This document shows, in pieces, positions 24,205 to 37,090 of a stretch of 64,000 bases of DNA (its first letter is position 1; each line of letters starts with the position of its first letter). The notes beneath the pieces are model-generated. The model was not told the DNA's origin and did not search any database. It saw nothing but the letters and a program-made list of their open reading frames with translations. Source of the DNA: Amphiscolops sp. MND2022 (lineage: Eukaryota). The stretch covers positions 11,658,001-11,722,000 of the forward strand of contig OZ076409.1 of NCBI GenBank assembly GCA_964187785.1, written 5' to 3'. Position numbers and translations under genes: made by a program.

Positions 24205-25036
24205 TTCAGAAGTGACGAAAAGTTTTTGAGGCTGAGGTTGTTCATGCAGCGCAAGTAAAAAAACTAGTTTTTCGAATCAATGATCGCTTTGTCTTGTTCA
24301 CACAAGTGTGAAACGAAGGTGACTCATGCTTTCTGGCATGACTACTATTTTCTGTCCACAACATCGTGCAAACATGCGAGCAATACGTTTTAATATGGGA
24401 AAGAATTTATTTCTGTGTAGGTGGATGTTCTGTGCTGAAATTTTGGGGGACAGATAAATTTTCTGGCAGTAGGCTGGGGGGCATTAGCAAACAAGATGTG
24501 TGCAAAAAAACATCTTTCTCAGCTTTGGAGACATATTCACTTTTCTAATGCTTGGGCCTTTCAAATCAATCTAGGTACCAAAGAATTATTGAAAAACACT
24601 GTGCTAGAGAATATAGACTACTGGCAAAAAGAATCCGAAAGTGAAAAATAAGTAGGCTGCTTTAAAGTACCACTAATTCATTAGGGTTATTCATTTAAGG
24701 TTCATTAGGGTTAATTAGAGAATGCAGTTTGTCCCTTCACTCCGTTCAAAGTGAAGAGTTCAAATCGTTCAAGAATACGATTGAACCACGTTTTGGAAAA
24801 CTTCATTCAAATCTAATTTCTACAAAGCAAAGAGCATCCGACTTTATGAAAAACGAATTGCTGGCAATGCGAAACTGCACGTACCCACTTCCAAAATTAT
24901 CCTGAAGTTTAATGAGGGTTATTCAATTGACCCCTATTCAAAACATCATCTTCGAAATACTTCCAGTCTCAAAGTCTTTTCTACCACCATTTTTGTAAAA
25001 AGTCGCTCTCCAATACTATTTTCTAATTTGCTTAAT
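24205..25036 (+). repeat. ~830-bp duplicated block (second copy 39117-39941)
   Basis: Near-identical by eye from TTTTTCAGAAGTGACGAAA to TTCTAATTTGCTTAAT, with small indels. Confidence 0.9.
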
Positions 25037-26052
25037 TACACTTGCGATAAGCAAGTGTTATGGGAAAGTGCGGGTGGTTTTTTTCCGCACAACAACTCTC
25101 TCGTTTCAGCCCGCAAGTCGCATAGTTCAGGCGTTCGTGGTCTAGTGGTGAGATGCTTGCCTTTCAACCCAGAGGGTTCTGGATCGAACCCGTGCGTATG
25201 CGCCAATTTTTTTTACAAATATTCCGAAGCAGAAGGTTCTTTTTTTTCGGCACTATGAGACTCCCCCCCTTTTTTCGGCTTTGAGACTTTTCGAAAGTTT
25301 TTCAATGTCCCCAGAGGATCCTCCCAATTTTTTTTTGATATTTTGCAACAGAACAAATGTTAAAAAATCCTAAAGGGTCCCTCCTTTCAGATTTTTCAGC
25401 ACTATGAGACTGTTAAAAATTCTCAATTTTTGTTTTCGAAAAGTTTTCAAAGTCTCAAGGGTTCCCATTCGATTTAACATACCAACAGAATGGATGTTAA
25501 AAAATTTCAAAGGGCCCCCCTTTACAGTTTTCGGCATTGTGAGATTTTTCGAAATGAATAATTTTTGTCTTAAAATTAGGTTTTCTCAGGCCCAGCACCC
25601 TTTGTCCAATTTTTGTTTTTTTTTCAAAGACTGGTGTTTTTATGCGACTTTTTTTTCTAATTTGTTTTCATCGAAGCTCCCCTCAATTTTTACTAGAAAC
25701 GAAACGTTTTGCGAGCATAAAGGACTGCTCAAGGTTTTCGGTACTGTGCGATTTACCGGAGACCTTCAGTTAGAAATGTTTTCGAAAAATGACGAATTTT
25801 TTTTAAATTTTCTGTTTTTAATGTTTTCGGTCGAGAAAGATGGGTTTTTTGCTGTTTCCAGTTGGAGAAGAATGGTTTTCGAGATCTATGCGTATCCCTT
25901 CGGGTATTTTTTGGCACTGTAAAATTGATGAAATTTTAACAATAATTTCCTTATACGCATGATTCTCCGTATGATATTTCTTATTTGGTTTTATTCAAAA
26001 GTTAGCAACTTTCTTCGCAAGTGTTAGCGAAGCACGGCTTCGCCTCGGGTTT
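25036..26052 (+). mobile_element. HINE family C (tRNA-bearing, family-A-type internal satellite)
   Basis: 5' subTIR ACACTTGCGA with IR (ACACTTGC...GCAAGTGT), 3' subTIR TCGCAAGTGT, stem-loop GCGAAGC-ACG-GCTTCGC, T-rich flanks. Confidence 0.72.
25131..25205 (+). pseudogene. tRNA-like sequence (resembles tRNA-Gly) ending in CCA + oligo-T
   Basis: GCGTTCGTGGTCTAGTGGTGAG...GGATCGAACCC...CGTATGCGCCA-ATTTTTTTT. The acceptor stem pairs 6/7; the anticodon stem is broken. Confidence 0.6.
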
Positions 26053-26858
26053 CAAAATGAACTATGTTGATACCGTTTTCTAATAAGTTCTGTTCCGAAT
26101 TGTTGACGTCATGTCCGAATTTGACTAAATATTGCCAGGAAGTAACCCGGCGTTTGCATCTAGTCATTATCGAACTTTCGTATCTTTGGAAAATAAACTA
26201 CACTAATGCTTTTTTTCTGGAATAACTTATAAAAAAATGCAGTGTTTCCGAATATATGACGTTATTCCCGAATGATTTTCGGTCAGCCCAGGAAAAATAT
26301 GCGGCTTTCCAACCGTTTTTCCGAGTTTTACCGTTTTCCAACTTCTATCACGTTCATATGAATAAAATGAGGTATATCAACTTATTTCCTTAATTAAGTC
26401 TTGCCAAGGAAAAGGGGCAGCAATACTCATTTTACACTTACTTTCTTGGTGCTTACCCCCATATGCATGAATTAGTTTCCAAATCTTTTGAGGTATTTTA
26501 AATGAGATCATTCCGTTGCTTATTTTCAAATTAAGGTTACAAGTGTCCTATGTTTCCTAGAGGCGTCTCATAACTGTCTGTGACAAAATCGATGTGCAAC
26601 TGCGACCCTTGTAACCTTTCTGCTTAATGTGGAATATTTTTTGTTCAGCTTTTTTTTCAGGCCGAACGATACCTATTTTCAAATTGTTCTCTAAGGAGCT
26701 ACTTTAACTCTCAGCAGCTAATGCCTTCATCTTTTGACCACGTTTCCATCCGTCAGCCTATCGCACAAGCGCACGATTCGACTGCTCCGATATCCTGCCA
26801 CGCGGAATATCGTTTCTAGTCGGCACATTTAAGATACGATCGTAATTTTTAAAGTGAC

Positions 26859-27559
26859 TTTTTAGTCGGCGCTTTTGAAAAGTGCCCGACTCTGACAGTG
26901 GGTATTCTTTTAGACATGGTAGGTCCACTTTTTTGTTGAACTCCACATGTCCAAAACATACTCGAAACGTCAGAACCTTGCCCAAAACAAAACCGACGTC
27001 CAGAATCTTGAAAACAATACTAAGGATCACCCTTTTGACTATCTTAATTAGATTTTTTCGGCGCTGAGACTTTTTTTGAAAATTGTACCGAAGGGTCCCC
27101 CTCCAATTTTTTCGATACTTTGCACCAGAATGGATGTTAAAAAATCCCAAATTGTCCCCCTTTTACATTTTTCGGCACTATGAGATAGTTCAAAATTCTC
27201 ATTTTTTGTCTGATATTAGGTTTTCTCAATAAATATCCACTGATAATTTTTTTCAATACTATCCGAATTTTGGAGGCAGAGGTTCGAAAATATTGCGGTA
27301 TATAAGAATTTTTGACATTATATCCGAACTATATTGCGTTTTACTGACGAGGAGCCGTAAGATCGAAAAAAGCGCTCGTATTTGTCTCAGCACGCTATAT
27401 CCGAACTTCTGAAGCGTTTTCTGAGCACTAAATGCACCTTTTGTGTGTTTCGAAACTTTTTGTCAGTTTTCCATAAAAACCGTCCTGAGCATATTTTTAA
27501 AACGTTTGCGCTTTTTGAGCCTTAGATATAGCGCCGACTTGAGACGTTCCCGTCTTGTT
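26859..27559 (+). mobile_element. HINE family A copy
   Basis: 5' TTTTAGTCGGCGC with IR (AAAAGTGCCCGACT); 3' GCGCCGACTTGAGACGTTCCCGTCTTGTT. Confidence 0.78.
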
Positions 27560-29663
27560 TCGTCGGACCACAGAATGTATACGTAGCGTCCACTTTTTGA
27601 ATTTAGTTTGTTCACGGCTCCAGTAGTGATGATGCACGCTTCCCAAGCAGACGGCCTGCCGACGACTAAATCCCTTTCTTTGCAAAGTTGAACGTGTCAA
27701 ACTGTCCCTCTTTTGTGTTTTTCAGAAGTTTTTTCTCACCAAAAGGTTCCCCTTCGGTTCTCCATGTTTAAACTTCCAAAGAACGTTTTTCAAGCCTCAA
27801 GGGTCCATCTTAAAAAGATTATCACTTTAGGTATTTTTGGTTTTCAATATGAAAAAAGCTTTTTCGAGGCCGCAGGTTGCCCTTTCGGATATTTTTACCA
27901 CTCTGGAAGTTATTAAAACTTCCTAGAATCCACCGTGAGCATTTAATGAGACTTTGCACTCTTTGAGTTTAAAGCGGAGCTCCGATTTAAGACGGTCCCG
28001 TTTTGTTACTTTTTCCTTAACGATTGAGTGACTGCCACCGAAGAACAATATGAACACAAACTCAAAGTACAACCGATATTTCGATTTTTAACCTTTTGAG
28101 CCGAATGCGCTCTTCGGTTTTTCTCCTCTTGCTGCAGTTGGCTCTGTAACGTCGGACGAGGTCTGGAATTTACGTAGAATCAATCTGAAGAAATAACCTT
28201 GATGAATTCCAGAAATTGTTTGTGCGGGTTTTGGAATTGTTGTTGGAACTTGAATTATCTGAAATGAGAAGAATGTTTTGATTTTGGACGTGTGTTGTAC
28301 ATTTGGCTCTGAAATACCAGTTATTTGAAATATTGAATACCAGAATTTGTGTTCTTTTTGTAAGAACGCTCTGGGCAAATTTTCTGGCAGACGTTTTCAA
28401 AACGTCGACAAATTTCTGACTTGGCTTTCAAGTTAGTTTTCAAATAGAGTCGAAGAACTTTTGTCGCCGACATTAAGTTCATCATAGCCAGTTTGTTGTG
28501 GGTTTGTTTTGTGCCAAGTCCAACGCTTTCAAGGGTTCCAGCTTTTGGCAATCAGTTAATCTACTGTAGTTGATTTGCTGGTTTCTGCTGGGTAAACAAA
28601 TTTGAACTTGGGTTTGGCTAGCTTCAGGGTTTCTCGGAACAGACTTGGTCTCTTCCAATGTCTGAGTAAACTTGATACTAGAACTTGCATGTTTATGGCA
28701 AGTGAAATATTTTGCTTGTGGCTTCGCTTTTGTGAAAAACTGTTCCACTCAAATTACCGTGTATTCATCAAACATTCCTTGAGGCATTGTGAATTTGAAC
28801 CCAGTAGAAATAACATGATAATTGTAGTTAATTCGTCCTCTAGGGTATTTCTTGGACCGTCGTGTCCTACAAAAGTTTATTTATTCTGTTCGACTTGTAA
28901 CTGAAATTACAGAGTATAACTCAACCCTATTAACCCTGGCAGTTTTCTTGTTTGTTTTCATAAAACTTTATTAATGTTTGTGCTTTTACAATAATGAAAG
29001 AACTCAGATTTGATATTGCGCTTGAGGCCAGTTTGAGGCTGTTTTCCTCAAATTCCTTTTGATTTTGCTATCTGTCTATGATCTGCAATCTGAAGAACAT
29101 TGCCGCTAAAGAATGATATACTGTTTCGCAACTCACTTGATTTGTTTCCGTTTTGTCATTTTTCCTTTTTTCTAAATTGCTTCAATTTCTTCCCTTATTT
29201 CCTCCTGATTATTTGCAGAATTTGCAAAATTTCTTTAAGATCAATTTTATATAATTTAGATGATTTGCAAAACAAATAGATATCAAACAAAACAACCTGC
29301 AATACAGTTGCAGAAATCGTCAAAGCGTTCTGTGATTTATTCAAAAGTTTTTGAAATTACCATATTTTTTTTCCGATCTGCATCTTTTTTCTTCATTTTT
29401 GCAAATTTTGCTTACAAGTGAACTTAACTATTTTGCAGACTCAATAAGCTCTTTTAGTGAAATTTTTGCAGCATTGTTCAATTAGGCAAAAAAAGGCTTT
29501 GGAAAGCGCCTTTTACAATCTTCCAAAACTTTAATGTTTGAGAAATGTGTCGCGAAGAATACTTTTCAACTGTTTTGTACTGTTTATGCAAGAAGCTTTG
29601 AGAATTATTTGATAATGAGCTTCTACTACTTTCATGCACCGATTGATTTACATGTCTACTGGT

Positions 29664-30298
29664 CGGAGTTTTGACACCGCTAATTAGCGGCCGCGCAAGA
29701 TCTTTTCAGCAATTTCACATGACGTTCAAATCAGCGGCAAAAATAGAATGTCCAAGGTCAAATCAAAAAAGTTTAAAAAAAACGAAAAAATCAACCTCTT
29801 ACTTTTGTAGATCCTGAACGGTATGGAAACTCCGGTCTTTTCTCTTGCAAAACCTAAATTAAATGTTCTTTCATTTTTGCACATGACGAAGTCAATGTGC
29901 ATTGCAGTCCAGCTAAGTAAGTTTTTTTTCCACTATAGTCAACTTCATAATGAGCGCCTTTTAGATAAAAGCCAAAACCCCAGAGGGAGTCGAACCTGCA
30001 GCCTCCCGATTGCACGGCATAAGTGTTGACCACTGTGCCATAGGGACGTTATTGAACAAAGTTGAACTGTTGAATATATACGCATGCGATTAAAATAATA
30101 TAAACGCATATTAGAATAATCGATGTCTTCGTCATGTGTTGCGAAGCACCGCTTCGCCTCTGTGTTTAAATATGAAATTCAAACATCCAATGCTTGAATT
30201 CAAACATCCAATGATTTGAAAAAATAACTTTTTAGCAAAATAGCGGTTTTGAACTTAGCTGCTCAGCGATTAGCGAAAAAATAGCTGTCAAAACCCTG
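29664..30298. mobile_element. TIR element (hAT-like ends) with a nested HINE-B; related copy ~55281-55600
   Basis: CGGAGTTTTGACACCGCTA / TAGCTGTCAAAACCCTG ends and TAGCG subterminal repeats. No convincing TSD. Confidence 0.5.
29877..30166 (+). mobile_element. HINE family B copy 2 (tRNA-like cassette at 29976-30047, minus strand)
   Basis: 12-bp subTIR CACATGACGAAG / CTTCGTCATGTG and the same 3' stem-loop. Near-identical to 11959-12246. Confidence 0.78.
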
Positions 30299-30467
30299 AT
30301 TCTGCTTATATTTCTGGAATATTATTCAAACAATGCACACCTACTTTTTTTAGTAGCACGAGCGCAGTGTCGTTTTTTGGTTTCTTGCTTAACACTCACA
30401 GCAGGTCGTTAGTCAAAAAATATTGACAGAAAACGGGTACTGACTGTTGAAAAACGGTTTAGTATTA

Positions 30468-30960
30468 TCTCACCCCACATTAATTTCACCCCATGTTCAT
30501 TTCACCCCACGTTCATTTCACTCCATATTTAAATTATCAAATGCGTCTCAGATTAATGACTATTGGCACCCACTTTCAATTTTAGCGCTAATAGAAAAGC
30601 GTCTTCAATCTAATTACCAATTACCTTGGTTGCTAAGTGAACCACAAAATCCGAACCGAAAAGTTTCACTCATCGGAATTGTAATATATCTGAACAAGGC
30701 GCTGAAAAGTTTTTTTTTCTGTCAATCAAAATCTACTATTGTGGATGCTGCGAATCTTCAGAAAGTTTTCTATTCCGTTTTTCTACGGTAAAAAATTTCC
30801 TTCGGCCAGAAATTGACAATCAGATCAAAGCTAACTCGAAGACAGTAGGCATCAAAGTTTAATTGGTAATTGGTTAATTAAGGTGAGACGCTTTTGTATA
30901 ATCACAATATGGTGTGAAATGAAAGTGGTGTGAAATGAACGTGGGGTGAAATGAACGCAC
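30468..30960. mobile_element. Foldback/MITE with inverted arrays of GTTCATTTCACCCCA units
   Basis: Tandem units at the left end are mirrored by TGGGGTGAAATGAAC units at the right end. Confidence 0.6.
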
Positions 30961-31111
30961 ATCTGAAAAACTAATTGTAAATAAGCTCGATGATAGCTAC
31001 TTTCTCACTAGCTTTGAGGAAATGGTGGTATCACTGAATCCCGACGAGTGAAATGAGTTCTTTTCACAATTTTGTGACATTTGTTACATATTCTACAATT
31101 CCCTTTCAACG

Positions 31112-31567
31112 TTTTTAGTCGGCGCTTTTGTAGTGAAAAGTGCCCGACTTACAGTGGCTAGTTTTTTTTCTTTTTTTTCTGATTGGTCCACTTTTCTTAC
31201 AATCGAAACTACTAAAACTACTACCATAAGGCCAAGTCCGGTCAGCGGAAATTAGTGCAAAAGGGTCCCCCTTTCATTTTTTACTTTTTTCACGTAACCT
31301 ACAAAACCGGACGAGACTAAAGGGTCCCCCCTTTCGATTTTTTTTGGCATTGTGCGACTTTTTCCAAAAATTTTTTAATGTCTCAAAAGATTCCCCCTTC
31401 GAGTTTTTTGATATTTTGCAACAGAATATATGTTAATAAAGCTCAAAAGGCCCCCCTGAAATTTTTTCTGAAAGAAAAAAAATCAAAAATTCCAAGTTTT
31501 TCAAAAAATAGTCTTGCGCTTTTTGAGCCTTAGATATAGCGCCGACTTTAGACGTTCCCGTTTTGTT
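31112..31567 (+). mobile_element. HINE family A copy
   Basis: TTTTTAGTCGGCGC ... GCGCCGACTTTAGACGTTCCCGTTTTGTT. Confidence 0.78.
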
Positions 31568-31643
31568 CATGGTTACTAGAGCCGATTGAAATTAATCGGC
31601 GCATTATGAAATAAAGCGCGACTATAGAAATGTCTTTCCGTCA

Positions 31644-32012
31644 TTTTTAGTCGGCGTTGTTGAAGAAAATCCCGACTCTTACAGTGGCTAGTTTTTTTCG
31701 TCAGTTCAACGCGTAACGTCCACTTTTTGTGCATTAATCCAATTAATGCACATTTACCAACTTTTACCATATGTACTTAGTACTTCATTTTCAACGCATC
31801 CAAAGCGTCTAACATGAGATAAAAAGCGTCCCCCCTTTTACATTTTCGGCACTAAGCGACTTAACGGAAACTTCGAAAAAAAATTCGGAAATTTTTTTTT
31901 CTCAATTTTTAGTTTTTTGAGAGCTTTTGTTGTCTCCAGTTGTAGAAAAAGTGGTTTTCGAGTCTTTTTGAGCCTTAGATATGGCGCCGACTTGGGCTGT
32001 TCCCGGCTTGTT
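31644..32012 (+). mobile_element. HINE family A copy
   Basis: TTTTTAGTCGGCG ... GGCGCCGACTTGGGCTGTTCCCGGCTTGTT. Confidence 0.78.
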
Positions 32013-32915
32013 TCCCAATCCGATTGAAGTGACCATTTTCATTCCGAATGCCAAAATTTTACGAAATTCCTACGAAATATAATTCGAATTTTGACAAAGT
32101 TAATTTGAGTTTCGGTATTGTGACTTTTCAAAAAAATTCCTGTTCCAACAAGGTTCTCCTTTTTCGATATTTTTCTATTGTGAAAAGCGCTTTTAAGCCC
32201 AAAGAGTCCCCCTTCGGATTTTTCGGCTTCGTGCAACTTTTTTGAGAAATTTGCATTTCACAAAAAGGCTCTCGCTTTGATTTTTTTGATGTTTTTTACG
32301 GGAAAAAGCATAAAGCTTTGGTTTTCTAATTTTTCTTGTGATAATAAAAGCAAAAAGCCTTTTCAACCCCTTGGGTCTTTTTGGTACTGTGAAACAGAAT
32401 TTATCAAAAGAAAATTCTCTGTTCAACATGAAGTGTGTTATTTATTCGCAGCAAACATGAAAATCCCATAAAAATCTGAATTCTCGCTGCTAAGGATGGT
32501 ACTGTGAATGCAATTTGAGGCGTTTTCTCATTCCTTTTTATTCATTCCTGCTTCACGGTGCTTTATCAGAATTTTTGGTGAGTGAAGCGAAGGTGTAGCG
32601 ATGTCATGTACTAATTTGTTCCTTTCTACAAAAATTTGCCAATTGTTTTTATTGTAATCCATTTATCGTAATTTGAATTATGATCAGTTGAATTATCGCT
32701 GTTTCAAAAACTTTGAATGGAGTAATTTGTTCAAATGATGGTTATAAACGTACATCGCTGAATTTTGACGCCATTACGCAATTGAAGCTCAGAAGATATT
32801 AGACGTAATTGCTGTTGGAGAAAAATTCTTTTCCGAATGAAAAGCAAACGTCGTTATGAATTGAAAAACATGCCGCGAAAAGTCCAGTTCAGTCGGAGGT
32901 TTATAATGTGCCATG

Positions 32916-33541
32916 TTTTTAGTTGGCGCATTTTCCTTTAAGGAAAAAAGCCCGACTATTACAGTGGCTAGTTTTTTTTTTTTTTCGTCAGACCACAGAG
33001 CTCATCGCGTATGTACCACTTTTTACAGAAACTGATAAGTTCACTCAGGCCAAATTCCACCAATGCAAACTTACTGCAAAGGGTCCCCCTTTCGTTTTTT
33101 ACCTTTTTTACGTAACCTACAAAACCGGAAGACTCCAAAGGGTCCCCCCTTTCATTTTTTTTCGGCACTGTGCGAATTTTTTTTCGAAAATTTTTAATTT
33201 TTCAAAAGAGTCCCCCCTTCGGATTTTTTGATATTTTGCAACAGAAAGTATGTTAATGAATCCCAAAGGGTACCCCTTTTTCATTTTTCGGCACTATGCG
33301 ACGTTTTCGAAGTTTTTTTCAAAAAAAATTTTTTCAAAAAAAAATTCAAAAAAATTTTCAAAAAATTTTTTGTTTTCAGTCGAGAAAAGTGATTTCCCAG
33401 TCATATCGAGCATGAAAGGCACACTTTGGGTGTCTCGAAAGTGTTTTCAAAGCTTTTCATGAATACATCCTGGGCATATTTAGAAAACTGAGCTTTTTGA
33501 GCCTTAGATATAGCGCCGACTTTAGACGTTCCCGTCTTGTT
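32916..33541 (+). mobile_element. HINE family A copy
   Basis: TTTTTAGTTGGCGC ... GCGCCGACTTTAGACGTTCCCGTCTTGTT. Confidence 0.78.
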
Positions 33542-33661
33542 GGTCTGTGCTATGAAATATATCGCGTCTATTAACGATTTCTTTTTTTTTCTGTTTTTCT
33601 TTCAACCCGGTCGAAGTGACAATTAGCCGAAGATCCAATTTGGTTCAAAGGGCCTGTCCGA

Positions 33662-34197
33662 TTTTTAGTCGGCGCTTTTCTTTAGAAAAGAGTCGACTAT
33701 AGTCATGGCTTTTCGTCAGTGTTTTTTAAGACCACCTGAACCGACCAAAATAGTCCTACCAAAAGTTCTACAAAATTTTCAGAAGACGCCAAAATGTACC
33801 TGTTGGCCCAAGGAACTGAACCAAAAAGCTTTCCCGCGTAACATACAATACCGGACGAGACCAAAGGGTCCATTTTTTCGGCACTGTGCGACTTTTTTCA
33901 AAAAAATTTTTCACCACGAGAGGCCCCCCCTTCAATTTTTTTGGAGTTTTGCAACAGAGTGGTTGAAAAATCCCAAAGGGCCCTCCCTTTCAGTTTTTCT
34001 GGAGTTTTGCAACAGAATGGATGTTGAAAAATCCCAAAGGGGCCTCCCTTTCAGTTTTTTTTGGCATTGTGAGATTTTTTTCCAAAATTTTTTTTCATAA
34101 AAGTAGTCCCAATTCACCAATACTTGGAAATTTTGAAGTCCTTTTGCTATTTTTGAGCCTTGGATATGGCGCCGACTTGGGCCGTTCCCGGCTTGTT
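33662..34197 (+). mobile_element. HINE family A copy
   Basis: TTTTTAGTCGGCGC ... GGCGCCGACTTGGGCCGTTCCCGGCTTGTT. Confidence 0.8.
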
Positions 34198-34518
34198 TAA
34201 CTTTTTCATTTGAAATGTCATGAAGCGTAGTCGAAGCTACGATAGTGCAAGATATGAATCGAATCTTTTTACTCACGAAAACTTGAGCTGCATTTAAACC
34301 AATTTAGCATTTTACATGGCTATTTTACAATATCTTTTTCACTCACATTGAAACAACTTGGGAATACTAATTGAATGTTTTAGGTAATGGATAAAAATCT
34401 TACTTAGCAGATTTTGCTGATTTTTGTCAGAAAATCTTTTGAATCCAAAAAAATCCACGTTCTTGGCTGTCAAAGCTGATTCTCATGTAATAAGATGATG
34501 AATGAAATGAAAAAGTAA

Positions 34519-34846
34519 AACAAGTCGGGAACGGCCCAAGTCGGCGCCATATCTAAGGCTCAAAAATAGCAAAAGGACTTCAAAGTGTCAAGTATTCTCT
34601 TCTACAGTACCCGCATGAGAAAAAAAATCGAAAAAAAACTTTTTTCGATGTTTTTTAAAATTTTTTTTGGTCTCCGATGAGTCGCATAGTGCTGAAAAAT
34701 GTAGAAGGACCTCAAAAAAGCCTGATTAACCTCTATCTCAAGTGCCAGTAAAAGTAGTGTGGCATTTAGTGTTAGTTCAAGTCAGCTTATAAAGCTTATA
34801 AAATCTGTCACTTCGTTGGTCTCAAAAAAAGAAAAGCGCCGACTAA
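34519..34846 (-). mobile_element. HINE family A copy
   Basis: AACAAGTCGGGAACGGCCCAAGTCGGCGCC ... AAAAGCGCCGACTAA. Confidence 0.75.
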
Positions 34847-36497
34847 GAATCAGTTTAAGAAAATAGATGTTACAAATTTTTAATATTCCTGTGTATGCTG
34901 GAATATTATAGAAGCCGTAAATGTGTTTTTTTTCTTCAAGATATGATTATCGACCCTTTTTGTTAGTTAATTTTGATTGGCTACTCCAAGTATTAAGCTA
35001 GTTTATTTGATTCTCGTTTGGTGAAGCAAACGAACGTGAATTATTCTTTTGTTGTACGCTGAGCTCATTGAGATGAAGCGAACGAGTGTTGATTAATCGT
35101 ACGCCGAGAGCTTCGTCTGTGCTCATATACGAATGCGAACTTAGTAGTTTCATTTTCTTTAGTCTGATAAATTCAAAGGCGTTGTGAACTGGTACAGTGA
35201 TTAATATTGTGCGCTATTTATGAATTCACGGGCGTAGATTTTTTTGATAGATTTTGTTGTTTCATCATTGTACTTAATTTAATGGTTATTGTATCCTAAA
35301 GCAGAATTATTACAGTGCCCCATAAGGTGCATGTTTTCTTGATGGAAACAGTTGAACGTCACCAGGAGATGAAACAGTACCTGTCGATTAGACAAAAGTT
35401 AGAAATTTAGTAGTCAAATGTATCAAAATTGGCTGAAATATTATCCCACAAGCCATGCAAGTGCTGAATACAATGAATGAAAATTGAACTTAGGACTCTC
35501 TATTTGCAAACTTACATTTCAGGTGCATAACAAAATTGTGAAATGTTTGTTTATTTCATTTTGCGAATAACCTGGATGATAGCCTACTTTGGTAGTATTT
35601 TTGTTTTGGTTTAATTCTTTTTTTGTTCAAATAAAGGTTGTTTATTTTTTACGCTATTGTATTCCATCCCCTGAAAACGATAGATGTTTTGTGCACGGAA
35701 AATTCGAAAAATATAAGTTAAATGTGGGTTTTTGCAGATGAATTTCTGCATTCCCTTTATTACATTGCCTCACGTTTCTTTCTTTGAAATATCCCGTTTT
35801 TTCTTGTGAATGTTGCAAAGAAAAGTTTCTCAGTGGACACTCTCGCTGGCAAGCATCTGAATGATGGGCTCTTTTCTGTCCCCCATCATTTGGGCGGTCT
35901 GAAAATTGCCTAAGAATTTCAGACCGGCCTAAGTAGTGAATTCTTTCTGCATAACAAGGAGTTATTGTTCATCAGGATAGTTTTTCGTGTGAAGGAAACA
36001 ATTTTCACACATCTTGACTGTAATAATGTTAGAATTGACTGTTTTTGTGAATCAAAACAGCATGCTGTTGAATACCTCATCAGGAATATGTGAATTCACA
36101 CCGAAAATAGTGTAAACAGTTTATTCTAAACTGCCATACTTAAAAAATCCGAAATTAAGTTTCTCGTTAGGTATCAAGTCTTTTTGATCTAATATTTTCA
36201 CTGATTTTCCAGAAAAAAAAACATTTGGCAGCGGGGCGGTGGGACAGAAAAGAACCAAAAGATTGAAAACGGAACTTTTTCAACTCGCAAGGTTTTCGAA
36301 ATGAAGTTGAGTTTCTAGCCGTACGTAGTCCTAAAATCTAGTTAAAGATAATAGTCAATCATAATCGATAATAATGATCGTAAAAGGCGGCATTACGATC
36401 ATATTATCGTTACAGTAATTTGAACCAGATTAAAGAATCTTTGTTCAAACTTGAAACCCAGAAAAAACTTTCAAATCTTGTTCATATCGCCAATTTG

Positions 36498-37019
36498 CTG
36501 GGGTGTGGAACCGTACGGGTTGAATTGAAATTACGGTTTACGGGTTAGCGTGTACGGTTTACGGTTTCAAGGTACGGTTTGAAAAAACACGTTTGCTTCA
36601 GAAATATTTAAATTTGCGGCATCTGGTTTGCGTTTCCGCTCGAATATTTTGAAAATGTCCGGATGTTTTGCCATATAATGATTTCTTGCAGATTGCCTTA
36701 TTTTCAATTGTGGAAAGTGTATATATACTCGAATAATCTCCAGTAATATCCATATTTTCGCGTTTAATAACCAATATCACTATCAGTATTGTTGAACAAA
36801 ATAAATCTGAAAGGAAATGTTCCAGTATTTCTGAGAAACGTACTTTTTTGTAGTTAGTACGCGTGTCGTTTTCTCAGAAATACTACTGTTAAATGTATAT
36901 AACATTTCGGTCTTATTTCTCAGAAATGTGTACGGTTCGCTTTTTTCAGAACTACGGTTTACGGGTTACGGTTTGGCACTACGGGTTTCGGTCCACGGTC
37001 TGAAAATCCCACACCCCAG
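36498..37019. mobile_element. hAT-type MITE
   Basis: 11-bp TIR CTGGGGTGTGG / CCACACCCCAG. Perfect 8-bp TSD CCAATTTG at 36490-36497 and 37020-37027. TACGGTT subterminal repeats. Confidence 0.9.
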
Positions 37020-37090
37020 CCAATTTGTATTTCGAATTTTGTCATTTTGAGTTATGGAGTTGCGATATTTTAGAACGGTACTGAATATCT

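Noticed and set aside
25131..25205. Functional tRNA gene (also 12055-12126 and 29976-30047)
   Set aside because: Anticodon and acceptor stems do not pair properly and the units are embedded in repeats; kept as tRNA-like only.
25404..25922. ORFs of 100-170 aa rich in F/K (also 33705-34100, 44603-45088, 50665-51162, 58285-58737)
   Set aside because: They lie within HINE satellite interiors and the frames are not conserved between copies.
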